A DNA stretch of 61,956 nt, taken from the NCBI GenBank assembly GCA_036785375.1, contig JAWMAR010000058.1, positions 9,486,001 through 9,547,956 of the forward strand. The letters are read 5' to 3'. The position numbers and the translations under genes were made by a program. Shown piece by piece: positions 61,401-61,956 of the stretch (positions are counted from its first letter, which is position 1; each line of letters opens with the position of its first letter). The notes beneath the pieces are model-generated. The model was not told the origin of the DNA. It was given only the letters and a program-made list of their open reading frames with translations, and did not search any database. This DNA comes from Leucoraja ocellata. Its lineage: Eukaryota.

Positions 61401-61799
61401 CCATAAGTCTAATAGTTTCAATTGACTCTTAGAATTGTGGCTATAGACTCCACTTCCTTATTAAGATGTATCCCTGATCCATTGCTGGGTTGCCCTACCC
61501 CTAATATAAAGTAACCCTCCACTGAGAACCCCACACCAGGTTGCCACATGAAACGTTGAAGGCTTGTCATCAGATCAGAATGGGGCAGAGCTGTGCAGTA
61601 CTAATGGGTATAGAGCTTCTGAGATAATGACCATAAATCAAACCATGCTGAAATTAACAACTGTCATGTGCTCCTATCTTAAGTATACATGTATACCTCA
61701 CTCCGTTATTCCATTAATGTCCTTCTAATTTTTCTTTGCACACTTTGTATTGCACCATTCTGCTCATTTGCACCTGCCAATGTATTTATTGTTGCATCT

Positions 61800-61945
61800 G
61801 TCATAGTCAAAGCTTGTAAACAGGCCCTTCGGCCCAACTTGCCCACACCGGCCAACATGTCCCATCTACACTAGTCCCACCTGCCTGCATTTGTCCCTCT
61901 AAACTGATCCTATCCCTGTACCTGCCTAAATGTTTCTTAAACGAT
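61800..61945 (-). mobile_element. CR1-like 3' tail
   Basis: Reverse-complement similarity to 59460-59581 (CCCATCTACACTAG.CCCACCTGCCTGC). Confidence 0.65.
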
Positions 61946-61956
61946 GTTACTCTGTC

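Overview
Vertebrate genomic DNA, very probably from a cartilaginous fish (skate/ray-like, judged from HE1-type SINEs, CR1 LINEs and Penelope-type repeats). Most of the window is the 3' part of TNRC6A (GW182, the miRNA-silencing scaffold) on the + strand. I traced 20 GT-AG coding exons from 7865 to the stop at 49888; they splice in one continuous frame of about 2000 codons. There is also a candidate 48-nt microexon and a 3' UTR ending near 51.5 kb. The first coding exons lie upstream of the window. Tail-to-tail with it on the - strand are the last 5 coding exons (60924 down to 51940) of an unnamed type-I membrane protein with an IMPG2-like EGF module, a TM helix and a long cytoplasmic tail. The introns hold two Tc1 elements, a foldback THAP-derived DNA element, a CpG-rich TIR element, a Tigger-like MITE, a Penelope-like retroelement with many dispersed hammerhead-like short repeats, CR1 fragments, SINEs and a 184-nt assembly gap. 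Comparisons with human proteins and repeat families are from memory, not from database searches. Repeat boundaries are approximate unless TIRs/TSDs are given.
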